Source of the DNA: Candidatus Woesearchaeota archaeon
Lineage (GTDB): Archaea; Nanobdellota; Nanobdellia; SCGC-AAA011-G17; UBA489
Reading direction: 5' to 3'
Assembly: GCA_964366415.1 (NCBI GenBank)
Contig: CAYITG010000001.1
Coordinates: 387,203-451,202, forward strand
DNA length: 64,000 nt
Part shown: positions 46,310 through 55,103 of the stretch, in pieces
Numbering within the stretch: the first letter of the stretch is position 1
How the letters are laid out: the number at the start of each line of letters is the position of its first letter
Program-made: the position numbers and the translations under genes
The notes under the pieces: model-generated
Seen by the model: the letters and a program-made list of their open reading frames with translations, nothing else
Told to the model about the DNA's origin: nothing
Databases searched by the model: none

Positions 46310-47248
46310 ATGCCCTCTTTTCCACTATTATCGTTTCCTGCAATATTAAGCCCAATGGCTGGCGTTACTGATGTTGCTTTTCGTACTTTGGCAAAGCAAT
46401 ATGGCGCAGGATTAACCTATACTGAGTTTGTGAATAGCACGGGATTAGTAAGAGGTAATGAACAGGCTAAAAGAATGATTGCCATTGATTCTTCTGAGCA
46501 CCCTGTTGCCATCCAGTTATTTGGACATAGCGAAGAAGATGTGATTGCTGCTGCAAAATATGTTGAACCTTTTTTTGATATTATTGATATTAATTGCGGA
46601 TGTCCAGCATGGAAAGTGATTAAGACTGGAGCAGGCAGTGCTTTATTAAAAGAACCATTACGCATTCGCACTTTTGTCGAACATTTAGTTGACGCTGTTA
46701 GAAAACCTATCACTGTAAAAATTAGGGCAGGCATTGATGATACTACGATCAACGCTGTTGAAGTTGCCAAACTTGTTGAAGAAGCTGGCGCTGCCGCCAT
46801 TGCTGTTCATGGACGAACACAACAGCAAGGATATTCAGGTACTGCAAATTGGGAGATCATTAAAAACGTCAAAGAAGCAGTTCATATTCCTGTTATTGGG
46901 AATGGTGATGTGTTCACGCCAGAAATATTTGCACAACGCTTAGAAGAGAGTGGAGTTGATGCTATTATGATTGCTCGCGGTGCTATGGGGAACCCTTACA
47001 TTTTTCAGCAAATCAAAGATTACCTTGAAAAAGGAGCGTATGACTTTAGATCTGGCGTAGAGCAATTTTTTGATTATTTGCCTTTTGCAGAACGACACCA
47101 TATTTCGTTCTCTGTTATCAAACAACATGCATTGTATTTTACGAAAGGTATGCGTGGTGGAGCACAGTTACGCGAACTGATCAGTCACTCTCTTTCCTTA
47201 GAAGAGTTACATACTCTTTTGGAAGCAAGCCATCAACAAGTTTTTTAA
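46310..47248 (+). CDS. dus: tRNA-dihydrouridine synthase (Dus family)
   Basis: Start taken at the internal Met (MPSFPLLSF...); Dus TIM-barrel motifs SPMAGVTD and IDINCGCP plus catalytic Cys/Lys pattern. Confidence 0.75.
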   Translation: MPSFPLLSFPAILSPMAGVTDVAFRTLAKQYGAGLTYTEFVNSTGLVRGNEQAKRMIAIDSSEHPVAIQLFGHSEEDVIAAAKYVEPFFDIIDINCGCPAWKVIKTGAGSALLKEPLRIRTFVEHLVDAVRKPITVKIRAGIDDTTINAVEVAKLVEEAGAAAIAVHGRTQQQGYSGTANWEIIKNVKEAVHIPVIGNGDVFTPEIFAQRLEESGVDAIMIARGAMGNPYIFQQIKDYLEKGAYDFRSGVEQFFDYLPFAERHHISFSVIKQHALYFTKGMRGGAQLRELISHSLSLEELHTLLEASHQQVF

Positions 47249-47272
47249 ATCATGAATTAAGAACATTCTTGT

Positions 47273-47347
47273 GCTCCTGTCGTCTAGTCCGGTCCAGGAT
47301 ACGGGCTTCTCGAGCCTGTGACCCGAGTTCAAATCTCGGCGGGAGCA
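47273..47347 (+). tRNA. tRNA-Glu (anticodon CTC)
   Basis: Acceptor GCTCCTG/CGGGAGC, anticodon arm CGGGC-TTCTCGA-GCCTG, T-arm CCGAGTTCAAATCTCGG. Confidence 0.8.
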
Positions 47348-49269
47348 TTACTCCATTCTCGTGGGCTTCGTCGTAAACTTTCAAACAGTGGTTTATAGGC
47401 TTGAGGAGCTTGATGAGCAAACATCATTCCTTGCGCAATTAATCCCGAAGCATCTTTGCCAGCTTGTTGCTTCTGCTGATACAGGCTCATTAATCTTGCG
47501 TATGCTTCCCAATAATCTTTTTGAATGAAGAATAAAATATTTAGGAATTCGTGTTCAGCGTCTTCAGCTATTTCTTCCGGGGCTTCTTCTTTGATCCGCT
47601 CAAGATCCATCCTTAATGTTTCTAGCACCATCAATGCACTTTCTAATTCCCCAACATTTTCTTTTGAAAATAATTGACGAGCGACACTTTTTGCAATGTA
47701 TAACTGTACTTTTGGGATGAGTGGATCTCGCACACTTAAATCGGCAAGAAGATTTGTAGCTAAATATTCTGCAATTTCAAATCTTCCTTCAGCAAAGCTT
47801 CGTTCTAAGTGATAGAGTGGATCTTGCACCCTGCCTGGAATTTCATGGAATGCCCGAAGGCGTTCGATAAGCACTGGTGTTGTTGCTGAAACCCAAATTT
47901 CTTGCTTAGTGGTTGGAGAAGTATATGTATTTGATTGTGTAAGCACATGTTCATTGCATCCAAACATAACATCATTAGAAAATCTTTCTATGACAAATTC
48001 AAGTCCACTACCTCTTTCATTTATGAATTCTCCTTTTATCTTTGTTCCGCCATGTTTTCTGTATTCAAGTTTGTAAACATTTTCGTCCTTTTTTTCTATT
48101 ATAAAAACATCCCCAAAACGTCGATCGCGTTTGTCGTAAGCATAATCCTCAGAAGATATGGTGAAAGCAACATATCCTAGACGATTTGCCTCAGTAAATG
48201 TTATTTTTCCGTTCAATCTTTTTTTTGTTCCTTTATTAGCAATATCTAACAGATAATCTTCCCTTCCTTTTTGTGGATTAAGAAAAATGTAATCTTCTTC
48301 TGTAGCAATTTCAGTAGGAACGATAATATCAAGTTCCTTCCATCTCCTCAATTTCTCTTCTGGAAAAGGAAGGTTTTCATCGAGAAGATCATCATTCAAC
48401 ATTGTCATTTCTGAAAGGGGTTGTTGTTCTTGGATGGCGAGAAGATCATATCTCAGCATTCTTGTTGCAGGTCGTAACTCTGGATCTGGAAAAAGACTTC
48501 TTTGAATGAGATGTCTAAGTTCTAAAGGGACATCTGGACGTGTAGTTTTTACTTTTGGTGGGAACTTTCTTTTTTCTATCAACAGTTCATCGATCTTTAT
48601 TGTGGAATAAGGCAATTTGCCTACTGCTAATTCATACATCACTACGCCTAAGCTATATACGTCTGTGCTTTTCGTGTGTGTTCCGAAAAATTGTTCTGGT
48701 GCAGCGTAATTGAGTGTTCCGAAAAATGTCCCTTTTCGCAATTCTGTTTCTTCTAAGCGACCAACTAAGCCTAAATCAGTTAAGGTTACACGCCCTTTTG
48801 CATCAATTAAAATATTATCTGGTTTAATATCACGATGAACTAATCCTACTTCATGAAGATCATCCAAGCCGTGTACAATTTGAGAATAAATATTGAGAAG
48901 ATCTTGTGCTGGAAGAGGTTTTTCTGAGTATTTTGAAAGAGGCATTCCTCCATCTTCCATAATAAGGTAATACATTCCTTCTCTTACTCCTGCTTCATAC
49001 ACTTTTACAACATTTGGTGAGTTCACCCGTGCAAGATATCCAAACTCTAAAATAAATTTTGTAATTTGACCTTCGCGTTTTCTTACCACTTCAAGATCTG
49101 TTGTTTTACCTGGATCGTGGACTTCTCCTGTTAATCGATCTAGGTTTAATATTTTAAGAGCAATTTTCTTTTCCTTATAGGTGCCTGCAAAAACATTACC
49201 ATAAGCTCCGCTACCTAATTCCCGTTCGATTGATACATCTCCAAAGGCGGCGATAATTCTCTCTAGCAT
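47329..49269 (-). CDS. Hanks-type Ser/Thr protein kinase with a large C-terminal domain
   Basis: Motifs GSGAYGNVF, VALK-like K (IALKIL), HRDIKPDNILI, DLGLV and APE; about 350 aa of extra C-terminal sequence. The 3' end overlaps tRNA-Glu on the opposite strand by about 19 nt. Confidence 0.75.
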   Translation of the reverse strand: MLERIIAAFGDVSIERELGSGAYGNVFAGTYKEKKIALKILNLDRLTGEVHDPGKTTDLEVVRKREGQITKFILEFGYLARVNSPNVVKVYEAGVREGMYYLIMEDGGMPLSKYSEKPLPAQDLLNIYSQIVHGLDDLHEVGLVHRDIKPDNILIDAKGRVTLTDLGLVGRLEETELRKGTFFGTLNYAAPEQFFGTHTKSTDVYSLGVVMYELAVGKLPYSTIKIDELLIEKRKFPPKVKTTRPDVPLELRHLIQRSLFPDPELRPATRMLRYDLLAIQEQQPLSEMTMLNDDLLDENLPFPEEKLRRWKELDIIVPTEIATEEDYIFLNPQKGREDYLLDIANKGTKKRLNGKITFTEANRLGYVAFTISSEDYAYDKRDRRFGDVFIIEKKDENVYKLEYRKHGGTKIKGEFINERGSGLEFVIERFSNDVMFGCNEHVLTQSNTYTSPTTKQEIWVSATTPVLIERLRAFHEIPGRVQDPLYHLERSFAEGRFEIAEYLATNLLADLSVRDPLIPKVQLYIAKSVARQLFSKENVGELESALMVLETLRMDLERIKEEAPEEIAEDAEHEFLNILFFIQKDYWEAYARLMSLYQQKQQAGKDASGLIAQGMMFAHQAPQAYKPLFESLRRSPREWSNAPAEI

Positions 49270-49476
49270 AGCATATTTCCTACTATCTTTTTAACGTTTA
49301 AGCAGTTAAAAGAAGAATTAGGATGTGTTTAGATGAATTTAAAAAGCTTTTGTAGAATGGGCCCGGTCAGACTTTACTCTTGCATTTCCTATATAAACAC
49401 TACGCGGCAGAGCAGATTTTTACTTTGATTCTGCACTTCTTCGTAATCCCTGAAAGAAACAATTAACAAGATATTC

Positions 49477-49863
49477 TTACATTGAAGATTCATACTGCCA
49501 ATAAGCAGTTCTATTAGGTCTATTGCTAACTTGTTGTTCTTCATGACAGTCATTACACCTGCCCATGAGGTAGAATACTTTTGCAGGTAATTGAGCAGAT
49601 TCTATAGGCGGAACAACCACCATTGCTGCATAATGCTGATCCCATGAAGCGTTATTTAACTCAAATTCTCTTTTAAAATATGTCATATCCTGACTTTTAC
49701 AAGTAACACAATTATAACCAAAACCAGATCCTTCACCACCATCAATCAGATTTTTGTTAAACCACAGGCCTATCCTTTCAGCCAGGGATAGTTGTTTATC
49801 TTTAGAGTTGCCGAGCTCTAATTTCATATGTTCTAATTGTTTTGTTTTAAGGGTATTTGTCAT
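49477..49863 (-). CDS. Hypothetical Cys-containing protein
   Basis: Two C-x2-C pairs (CVTC, CNDC) suggesting a small zinc-binding module. Confidence 0.3.
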   Translation of the reverse strand: MTNTLKTKQLEHMKLELGNSKDKQLSLAERIGLWFNKNLIDGGEGSGFGYNCVTCKSQDMTYFKREFELNNASWDQHYAAMVVVPPIESAQLPAKVFYLMGRCNDCHEEQQVSNRPNRTAYWQYESSM

Positions 49864-50000
49864 TTTAACTCAAAGTTATTTTGTGTTTCTGAGATATATA
49901 AATCTTTCTATTTGTAACCACTTTTAAGGAAGAAAAAACTTCATGAGTTCGGCTCGAAATCCACCATAAAAAGATATCCACCCATATGCTCCCAAAGTAA

Positions 50001-50076
50001 TGGTGGGCCCGAGCGGATTTGAACCGCCGACCTCCACCGTGTGAGGGTGATGTCATAACCACTAGACCACGGGCCC
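50001..50076 (-). tRNA. tRNA-Val (anticodon CAC), CCA encoded
   Basis: Acceptor GGGCCCG/CGGGCCC, anticodon arm TCACC-CTCACAC-GGTGG, variable loop AGGTC, T-arm GGCGGTTCAAATCCGCT, followed by ACCA. Confidence 0.8.
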
Positions 50077-50164
50077 TTGAACTGAATTTTTCAGCTTCGT
50101 AAGATGTAAGATATCCGTAAAATTATGGGAAAGTTTATAAGTTTATTGTAGTCTAGTAAGTAGA

Positions 50165-51166
50165 ATGAGATCACGAGGAAATTATATTGTAGATAAGAGA
50201 TTAAAGTTTAAAAGAGGTTATCAGAGATTATTTTTTGAAGAAATAAAGAAATATTCAAAGAGGACTTGGCAGGAACTTGCAGATGAATTAGGAATCTCTT
50301 ATCACACTTTAAATTGGGACTGGTATTCCGAAAAAAGTACTATTCCTAAAAACTTTGCTAAAAAATTAATAAAGAAGTATCCTTTTAAAGAATGGGAATA
50401 TATCTACAATAATTGGGTTGTGGAAGAGCTAGTACCAAAATGGGGGCAAATAAAAGCCGGTCTAAATAGAGAAAAGAAGATTCTTATTCCGCCCATCAGT
50501 GAAAAACTTGCGGAATTTCTCGGTGCTGCATTAGGTGATGGACATTTAGATTACAAGGAGTTTACTTTTACAAATCATCTAAATGAGAAAGATTATATGA
50601 ACTATATTAAAGATATGATTATGATACTTTTTGGTTTAAATTCAAAAATTTTTTTAGGATCTAAAGATAAAAAAGCTATTGTGATGGATACATATTCTAA
50701 AGCCCTTGTGAATTTTCTTTCCAAAAATGGATTAAAAATCGGCAATAAGATAAAAAATAAAGCAAGACTCCCGGGGTGGGTTTTTGAGAATAAACGCTAT
50801 TCAAGTGCAGCCTTACGGGGTCTTTTTGATACTGACGGTGGGATTTATCACAAAGAGAAAAAATATAAACGTGCGATTATTGAATTTCAAACAAACTCTC
50901 CTTCCATACACAATGATATTCTTAAACTCTTATCTATTTTAAATTTTACTCCTTCTAAAGGAAATAACGGGAAAAAAGCCCTTGATCTTCGCATACAAAA
51001 CCAAAACGAAGTACATGCTTTTTTTCAAGTAGTTGGAAGTAGCAATCCAAAAAATATTCTTAAATATAATATCTTTACTAAAGAGGGATATGTTCCCTTA
51101 TCTAAAGAGATAGAGAGCCTCCTCCCTCATTTCAAAAAAGAGATGCTCCCTTTCAAAGCAAGATAA
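50165..51166 (+). CDS. Double-motif LAGLIDADG endonuclease-like protein with an N-terminal HTH domain (paralog B)
   Basis: N-terminal HTH (TWQELADELGISYHTL); LAGLIDADG motifs LGAALGDGHL and LRGLFDTDGGIY. Collinear with paralog A (DKDY..NY.K, IKNK.RLP.W, NPKNI). Confidence 0.75.
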   Translation: MRSRGNYIVDKRLKFKRGYQRLFFEEIKKYSKRTWQELADELGISYHTLNWDWYSEKSTIPKNFAKKLIKKYPFKEWEYIYNNWVVEELVPKWGQIKAGLNREKKILIPPISEKLAEFLGAALGDGHLDYKEFTFTNHLNEKDYMNYIKDMIMILFGLNSKIFLGSKDKKAIVMDTYSKALVNFLSKNGLKIGNKIKNKARLPGWVFENKRYSSAALRGLFDTDGGIYHKEKKYKRAIIEFQTNSPSIHNDILKLLSILNFTPSKGNNGKKALDLRIQNQNEVHAFFQVVGSSNPKNILKYNIFTKEGYVPLSKEIESLLPHFKKEMLPFKAR

Positions 51167-51209
51167 AAATTAATAAATCTAACTTGAAATTGAAATTTTA
51201 GTGATGAAA

Positions 51210-51281
51210 GCACCGGTGATCTAAAGGTTATGATGTTGGCTTCCCAAGCCATCCATATGGGTTCAAATCCCGTCCGGTGCA
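51210..51281 (+). tRNA. tRNA-Gly (anticodon CCC)
   Basis: Acceptor GCACCGG/CCGGTGC, anticodon arm TTGGC-TTCCCAA-GCCAT, T-arm ATGGGTTCAAATCCCGT. Confidence 0.75.
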
Positions 51282-51350
51282 TCTCTCCTGGTCCGACTAC
51301 TATGAGGATAGAATAAGAGAAGATTTAAAAGTTTATATTTCTAAGTCCGA

Positions 51351-52427
51351 TTGATGAATTATAAAGAAGAAGTTTTTGGAGGACTTGATTCGAGTAGGAG
51401 ATATCACCCTGAAAGAATTCTACCAAAAACTAAAATTGCAATTCTTTCTCCCAATACTTCGACAGAAGTTCTTGGAAATTTACAACCTGATGAAGTTGCT
51501 GTCATCCCTTATACTCTTGTTCCTTATGGCTATCGTGAAGGGCCTGAGGCTAGAGAAACCTTTCCTAGGTTCTTGAAGAGAGGACCAACTGTTCAGATTC
51601 CCACACCAAAAACACTTGAGGAAGCACTTGAAGGAACAGGACCAACACGAAAACGATTTGAAATTTATCAGAAGTTGCATGATCCTCACAGCGAATTGAT
51701 TGCTGCAGGCATGTCATGGTATTGCCCGCAAGACCGCATGCATCGCAAAGTGAGTGCGCATGACGTTTTAGAAGGCATGATGCTTTATGCGTTCTCAGAA
51801 TTCGAAAGATCATTATCGCCCACACAGAATAAAACACATCTTATTTCTGTGCATCAATATGGTGTTGACAAAGAGAATAAAGAGACAGGGGCGAGTGTTG
51901 TTGTGGATGTTCCTTCTCGCAGCCGCAATGCCCGTTATCGCGTTAAGCTTCATCATTTTCCCTTCTTAGGATCAGATGATGTGTGGGTGTGGATGCAACT
52001 ACAAAGCGAGCATAGTGAATGCGGAAGCAAAGACTTTGGCGATATCTATTGGCAGCGTGATGAAGAAAGTAAAAAAAGAAGAAAGTTACATGATATTGTT
52101 TTTTGTCCTCATGATGTTGCTGCGTATTTAGCAGTATCTGCTGAAGAAACACAACGGGTTATTAAAGAACAAGCTCATCCTTCAAAAAAAATAACCTTGC
52201 AGCCTTTTCCCCTTTTTACACAACATACTGTTAATTTTTGGAAGAAATTATGCACACAGACTTTTTTTGGGTCACCCTTATCAACACGGCCTCTGCGAGA
52301 ATATGAAATTGAGCTTGAGCTTCAACGCTTTTTAGCTCGACAAGGACAAGATTCTCAAAAAACAATGTATACTTCTGATAAAATAAGAGATTATAACTGG
52401 GAACCTTCCCTTCCCTTAAAAGGATGA
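51351..52427 (+). CDS. Hypothetical protein (orphan)
   Basis: 358-aa ORF, Cys/His-containing, no recognisable family. Confidence 0.35.
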   Translation: MMNYKEEVFGGLDSSRRYHPERILPKTKIAILSPNTSTEVLGNLQPDEVAVIPYTLVPYGYREGPEARETFPRFLKRGPTVQIPTPKTLEEALEGTGPTRKRFEIYQKLHDPHSELIAAGMSWYCPQDRMHRKVSAHDVLEGMMLYAFSEFERSLSPTQNKTHLISVHQYGVDKENKETGASVVVDVPSRSRNARYRVKLHHFPFLGSDDVWVWMQLQSEHSECGSKDFGDIYWQRDEESKKRRKLHDIVFCPHDVAAYLAVSAEETQRVIKEQAHPSKKITLQPFPLFTQHTVNFWKKLCTQTFFGSPLSTRPLREYEIELELQRFLARQGQDSQKTMYTSDKIRDYNWEPSLPLKG

Positions 52428-52450
52428 GGAATAGGTTTAAATAACACCTT

Positions 52451-53935
52451 TTGCTGTTTCCTTTTATGGCCAAATTTTATATTACGACACCCATTTATTA
52501 CGTGAATGATATTGCACATATTGGGAATGCGTATACGACGATAGCTGCCGATGTTTTCGCGCGATGGCATCGATTACAAGGTGATGATGTGTTTTTCTTA
52601 ACAGGATTAGATGAAAATTCACAAAAGACAGTCAAAGCTGCAAAAGATAAAACGGGCATTTCTTTAGGACGTGACAGTATACAACGTTATGCCGATAGCA
52701 TGGCTGACCGTTGGAAAAAGACATGGGCTCGCTTGCATATTAGCAACAATGGGTTCATACGCACAACTTCACCAGAGCACATTAAAGTCGTCAATGACTT
52801 TTTTATGAAAGTATACAACAAAGGAGATATTTACAAAGGAGAATATAAGGGATTGTATTGCCCTTCATGCGAATCATTTTATCTTGAGAAGGATCTTGTT
52901 GAAGGAAAATGCCCTTTCCATTTACAACCTCCAAAGATGATTAGTGAGGAGAATTATTTTTTCCGGTTATCAACCTATCAAGATGCTCTTTTGAAGCATA
53001 TCGAAAAGAATCCTAAGTTTATCCAACCTGTTTCACGACGCAATGAAGTGTTAAGTTTTCTTAAAGAAGAAGGAGCAAAAGATATTAGTATTTCACGCCC
53101 CATTACTGAATGGGGGATTCCTTTGCCCATTGATCAGAAACATACTTTCTGGGTGTGGTTTGATGCTCTTGTTAATTATATTTCAGGTGCTCCACAATAC
53201 TGGCCAGCCAACACTCATATGCTTGCTAAAGATATCTTACGATTCCACTGTGTCATTTGGCCCGGTATGTTAATGAGCGCAGGCTATCCTTTACCCGAAC
53301 ATCTTTTTGTTCATGGATTTTTAACCGTGAATGGACAGAAGATGTCAAAATCTTTGGGAAATGCTATAGACCCACTTTCCCTTTCTGAGAAGTATGGTTT
53401 GGATGCATTGAGATATTTCTTACTTCGAGAGATTCCTTTTGGACAGGATGGAGACTTCAATGAAGCTGCATTGAAAGCACGTTTGAATAATGAACTTGCA
53501 GATGACTTAGGCAATCTTGTCAGCAGAACATTGGCCATGATTGAGAAGTATTACGATGGAAAAATTCCTGAAGCAGATGTTGATGGCGAACTTGTAGAGA
53601 AATTAGATTTTGATACTATTCAAAAATGTATGGATAAATTTGAATTGCACCGAGCATTAGAAGAGATTTGGAATTTTATTCGTGAAGTTAATAAATATCT
53701 CCATGAAAACAAACCTTGGGAAAATGAGAAGAGACGCGCAGAGATTTTGTATACTGCTTTAGAAGGTATTCGCATGATTGGTATTCTTATTTCTCCTTTC
53801 ATGCCAGAAACAGCCGAACGCATTAATGAACGATTGAATATTCGTGCCGGTGATTTTAGTGAATTAGAGTTTGGACTCTTGCAAAGCGGCAGAAAAGTTA
53901 ATAAAGGTAAGAACTTATTTTTAAAAATAGAATAG
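52451..53935 (+). CDS. metG: Methionyl-tRNA synthetase (catalytic core plus anticodon-binding domain)
   Basis: Class I HIGN (AHIGNAYT) and KMSKS motifs and a zinc knuckle (CPSC...CPFH). Confidence 0.9.
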   Translation: MLFPFMAKFYITTPIYYVNDIAHIGNAYTTIAADVFARWHRLQGDDVFFLTGLDENSQKTVKAAKDKTGISLGRDSIQRYADSMADRWKKTWARLHISNNGFIRTTSPEHIKVVNDFFMKVYNKGDIYKGEYKGLYCPSCESFYLEKDLVEGKCPFHLQPPKMISEENYFFRLSTYQDALLKHIEKNPKFIQPVSRRNEVLSFLKEEGAKDISISRPITEWGIPLPIDQKHTFWVWFDALVNYISGAPQYWPANTHMLAKDILRFHCVIWPGMLMSAGYPLPEHLFVHGFLTVNGQKMSKSLGNAIDPLSLSEKYGLDALRYFLLREIPFGQDGDFNEAALKARLNNELADDLGNLVSRTLAMIEKYYDGKIPEADVDGELVEKLDFDTIQKCMDKFELHRALEEIWNFIREVNKYLHENKPWENEKRRAEILYTALEGIRMIGILISPFMPETAERINERLNIRAGDFSELEFGLLQSGRKVNKGKNLFLKIE

Positions 53936-53936
53936 T

Positions 53937-54287
53937 TTGGGGCGCATTATGGACAATGTTTCTTTTGAGGATTGGAAAAAACTAGATTTACGCGTTGCTG
54001 AAATCACTGATGTTCAAGATCATCCTAACGCTGACAAATTATATGTGTTGAAAATTAATCTCGGCGAGGAAGAACGAACACTTGTTGCCGGTATACGAAA
54101 TCATTACACTAAAGATGAACTTCTTGGTAAAAAAATTATTGTTATTGCTAATTTAGAACCTGCAGCATTACGCGGCGTTATGAGCCAAGGCATGCTGCTT
54201 GCTGCCGCTGCCGAAGGCGAGGATGGAGAAACAGTCGTTCTTCTTAGTCCTGAACAAGATATTGCAAATGGCGCAAAAGTCAGATAG
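53937..54287 (+). CDS. Stand-alone tRNA-binding domain protein (MetRS C-terminal / Trbp111 / CsaA-like OB fold)
   Basis: Pattern LDLRVAEITDVQDHPNADKLYVLKINLGEE..TLVAGI...VIANLEPAALRGV.SQGMLLAA. Confidence 0.7.
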   Translation: MGRIMDNVSFEDWKKLDLRVAEITDVQDHPNADKLYVLKINLGEEERTLVAGIRNHYTKDELLGKKIIVIANLEPAALRGVMSQGMLLAAAAEGEDGETVVLLSPEQDIANGAKVR

Positions 54288-54288
54288 T

Positions 54289-54888
54289 TTATTCTTTTAA
54301 AGGAATGCTTCGAATGGCAAATCCATTCTCTTCATCTTTGCGCAATAGAACATATAATCCTTTCTCTTTGTATTCCAACACTTTGTATGCTTGCGCACTT
54401 GTTGGCGTGAGGGGAATAAAATAAATATTATCTGGCTTTCCTAGAACATCCAAATAAATTTCTTCCTTGGAATGTATGATCTTTGTTTTTCCTATCAGTA
54501 GTGGATTGAATGATTGTTTGAAGGTGAATCCGACAACAACATCGTTCTTTAATTGAATAATTAATCCTGTGTCCGATAGTTGCATGTTTTTACCATATTC
54601 AAGGTTGATGGTGCCGCTTTTTACAACTGATTGTGTATCTGGTTGACCTAATGCTGCAACAACTGTGTCAAAAGAATCTCCTAATCGCACACCTTTCACG
54701 AGAATATCCATAGCACGGAACGATGGGAGTGAAAAAATATCAACTTCTGTGATTTCATAGTTTTGCGGTGGTAATGGCGGTTCTTGTGAGAGTGCCACCC
54801 ATGCGCAGATTGCAATGCCAATAATCAGAAGTGGAACTATAATGAATGCAATCTTTTTCATGGTTCTTTTTTGACGATGTGTTATCAT
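54289..54888 (-). CDS. Secreted or membrane-anchored hypothetical protein
   Basis: N-terminal transmembrane or signal anchor; no motif. Confidence 0.35.
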   Translation of the reverse strand: MITHRQKRTMKKIAFIIVPLLIIGIAICAWVALSQEPPLPPQNYEITEVDIFSLPSFRAMDILVKGVRLGDSFDTVVAALGQPDTQSVVKSGTINLEYGKNMQLSDTGLIIQLKNDVVVGFTFKQSFNPLLIGKTKIIHSKEEIYLDVLGKPDNIYFIPLTPTSAQAYKVLEYKEKGLYVLLRKDEENGFAIRSIPLKE

Positions 54889-54909
54889 TTCACTTTCATA
54901 ATAAAAAAG

Positions 54910-55066
54910 TGAGCCCGAGCGGATTTGAACCGCCGACCTTTATCGGTACTTTGTACGCTCGATGTCGGAACTGATTTATCAGTCGATAAAGCTCCACCTT
55001 GAATTAGGGTGAATGTGCTCCAGTTGCCCGATGCTTTTACAGCACTCCAGGCTAAGCTACAGGCTC
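54910..55066 (-). tRNA. Val-like tRNA paralog, 157 nt, with about 80 nt of insertions and a 9-nt anticodon loop (multi-intron tRNA or tRNA-derived pseudogene)
   Basis: Acceptor GAGCCTG/CGGGCTC. The 3' part (GGTGG-AG...AGGTC-GGCGGTTCAAATCCGCT-CGGGC) is identical to the tRNA-Val at 50001-50076 except for a roughly 52-nt block inside the variable loop. Anticodon stem TCACC/GGTGG encloses CTAATTCAA; there is an extra 28 nt or so near position 26, and the D-arm is unlike Val. Confidence 0.45.
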
Positions 55067-55103
55067 ACAATTGTTTTAGACTATAAACACTTTATAAGAT
55101 TTA

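Noticed and set aside
47329-47347. Overlap of the Ser/Thr kinase 3' end with tRNA-Glu on the opposite strand as a sign of misannotation.
   Set aside because: The tRNA is canonical and the kinase C-terminus is fixed by its stop codon. A 19-nt antisense overlap is tolerable and not informative.
49865-50062. 65-aa ORF upstream of the LAGLIDADG paralog B.
   Set aside because: It overlaps the tRNA-Val gene almost entirely and translates the tRNA sequence.
51201-51209. GTGATGA (C-box-like) immediately upstream of tRNA-Gly as a possible C/D-box sRNA.
   Set aside because: No matching D box, C' or D' boxes or guide region at an appropriate spacing.
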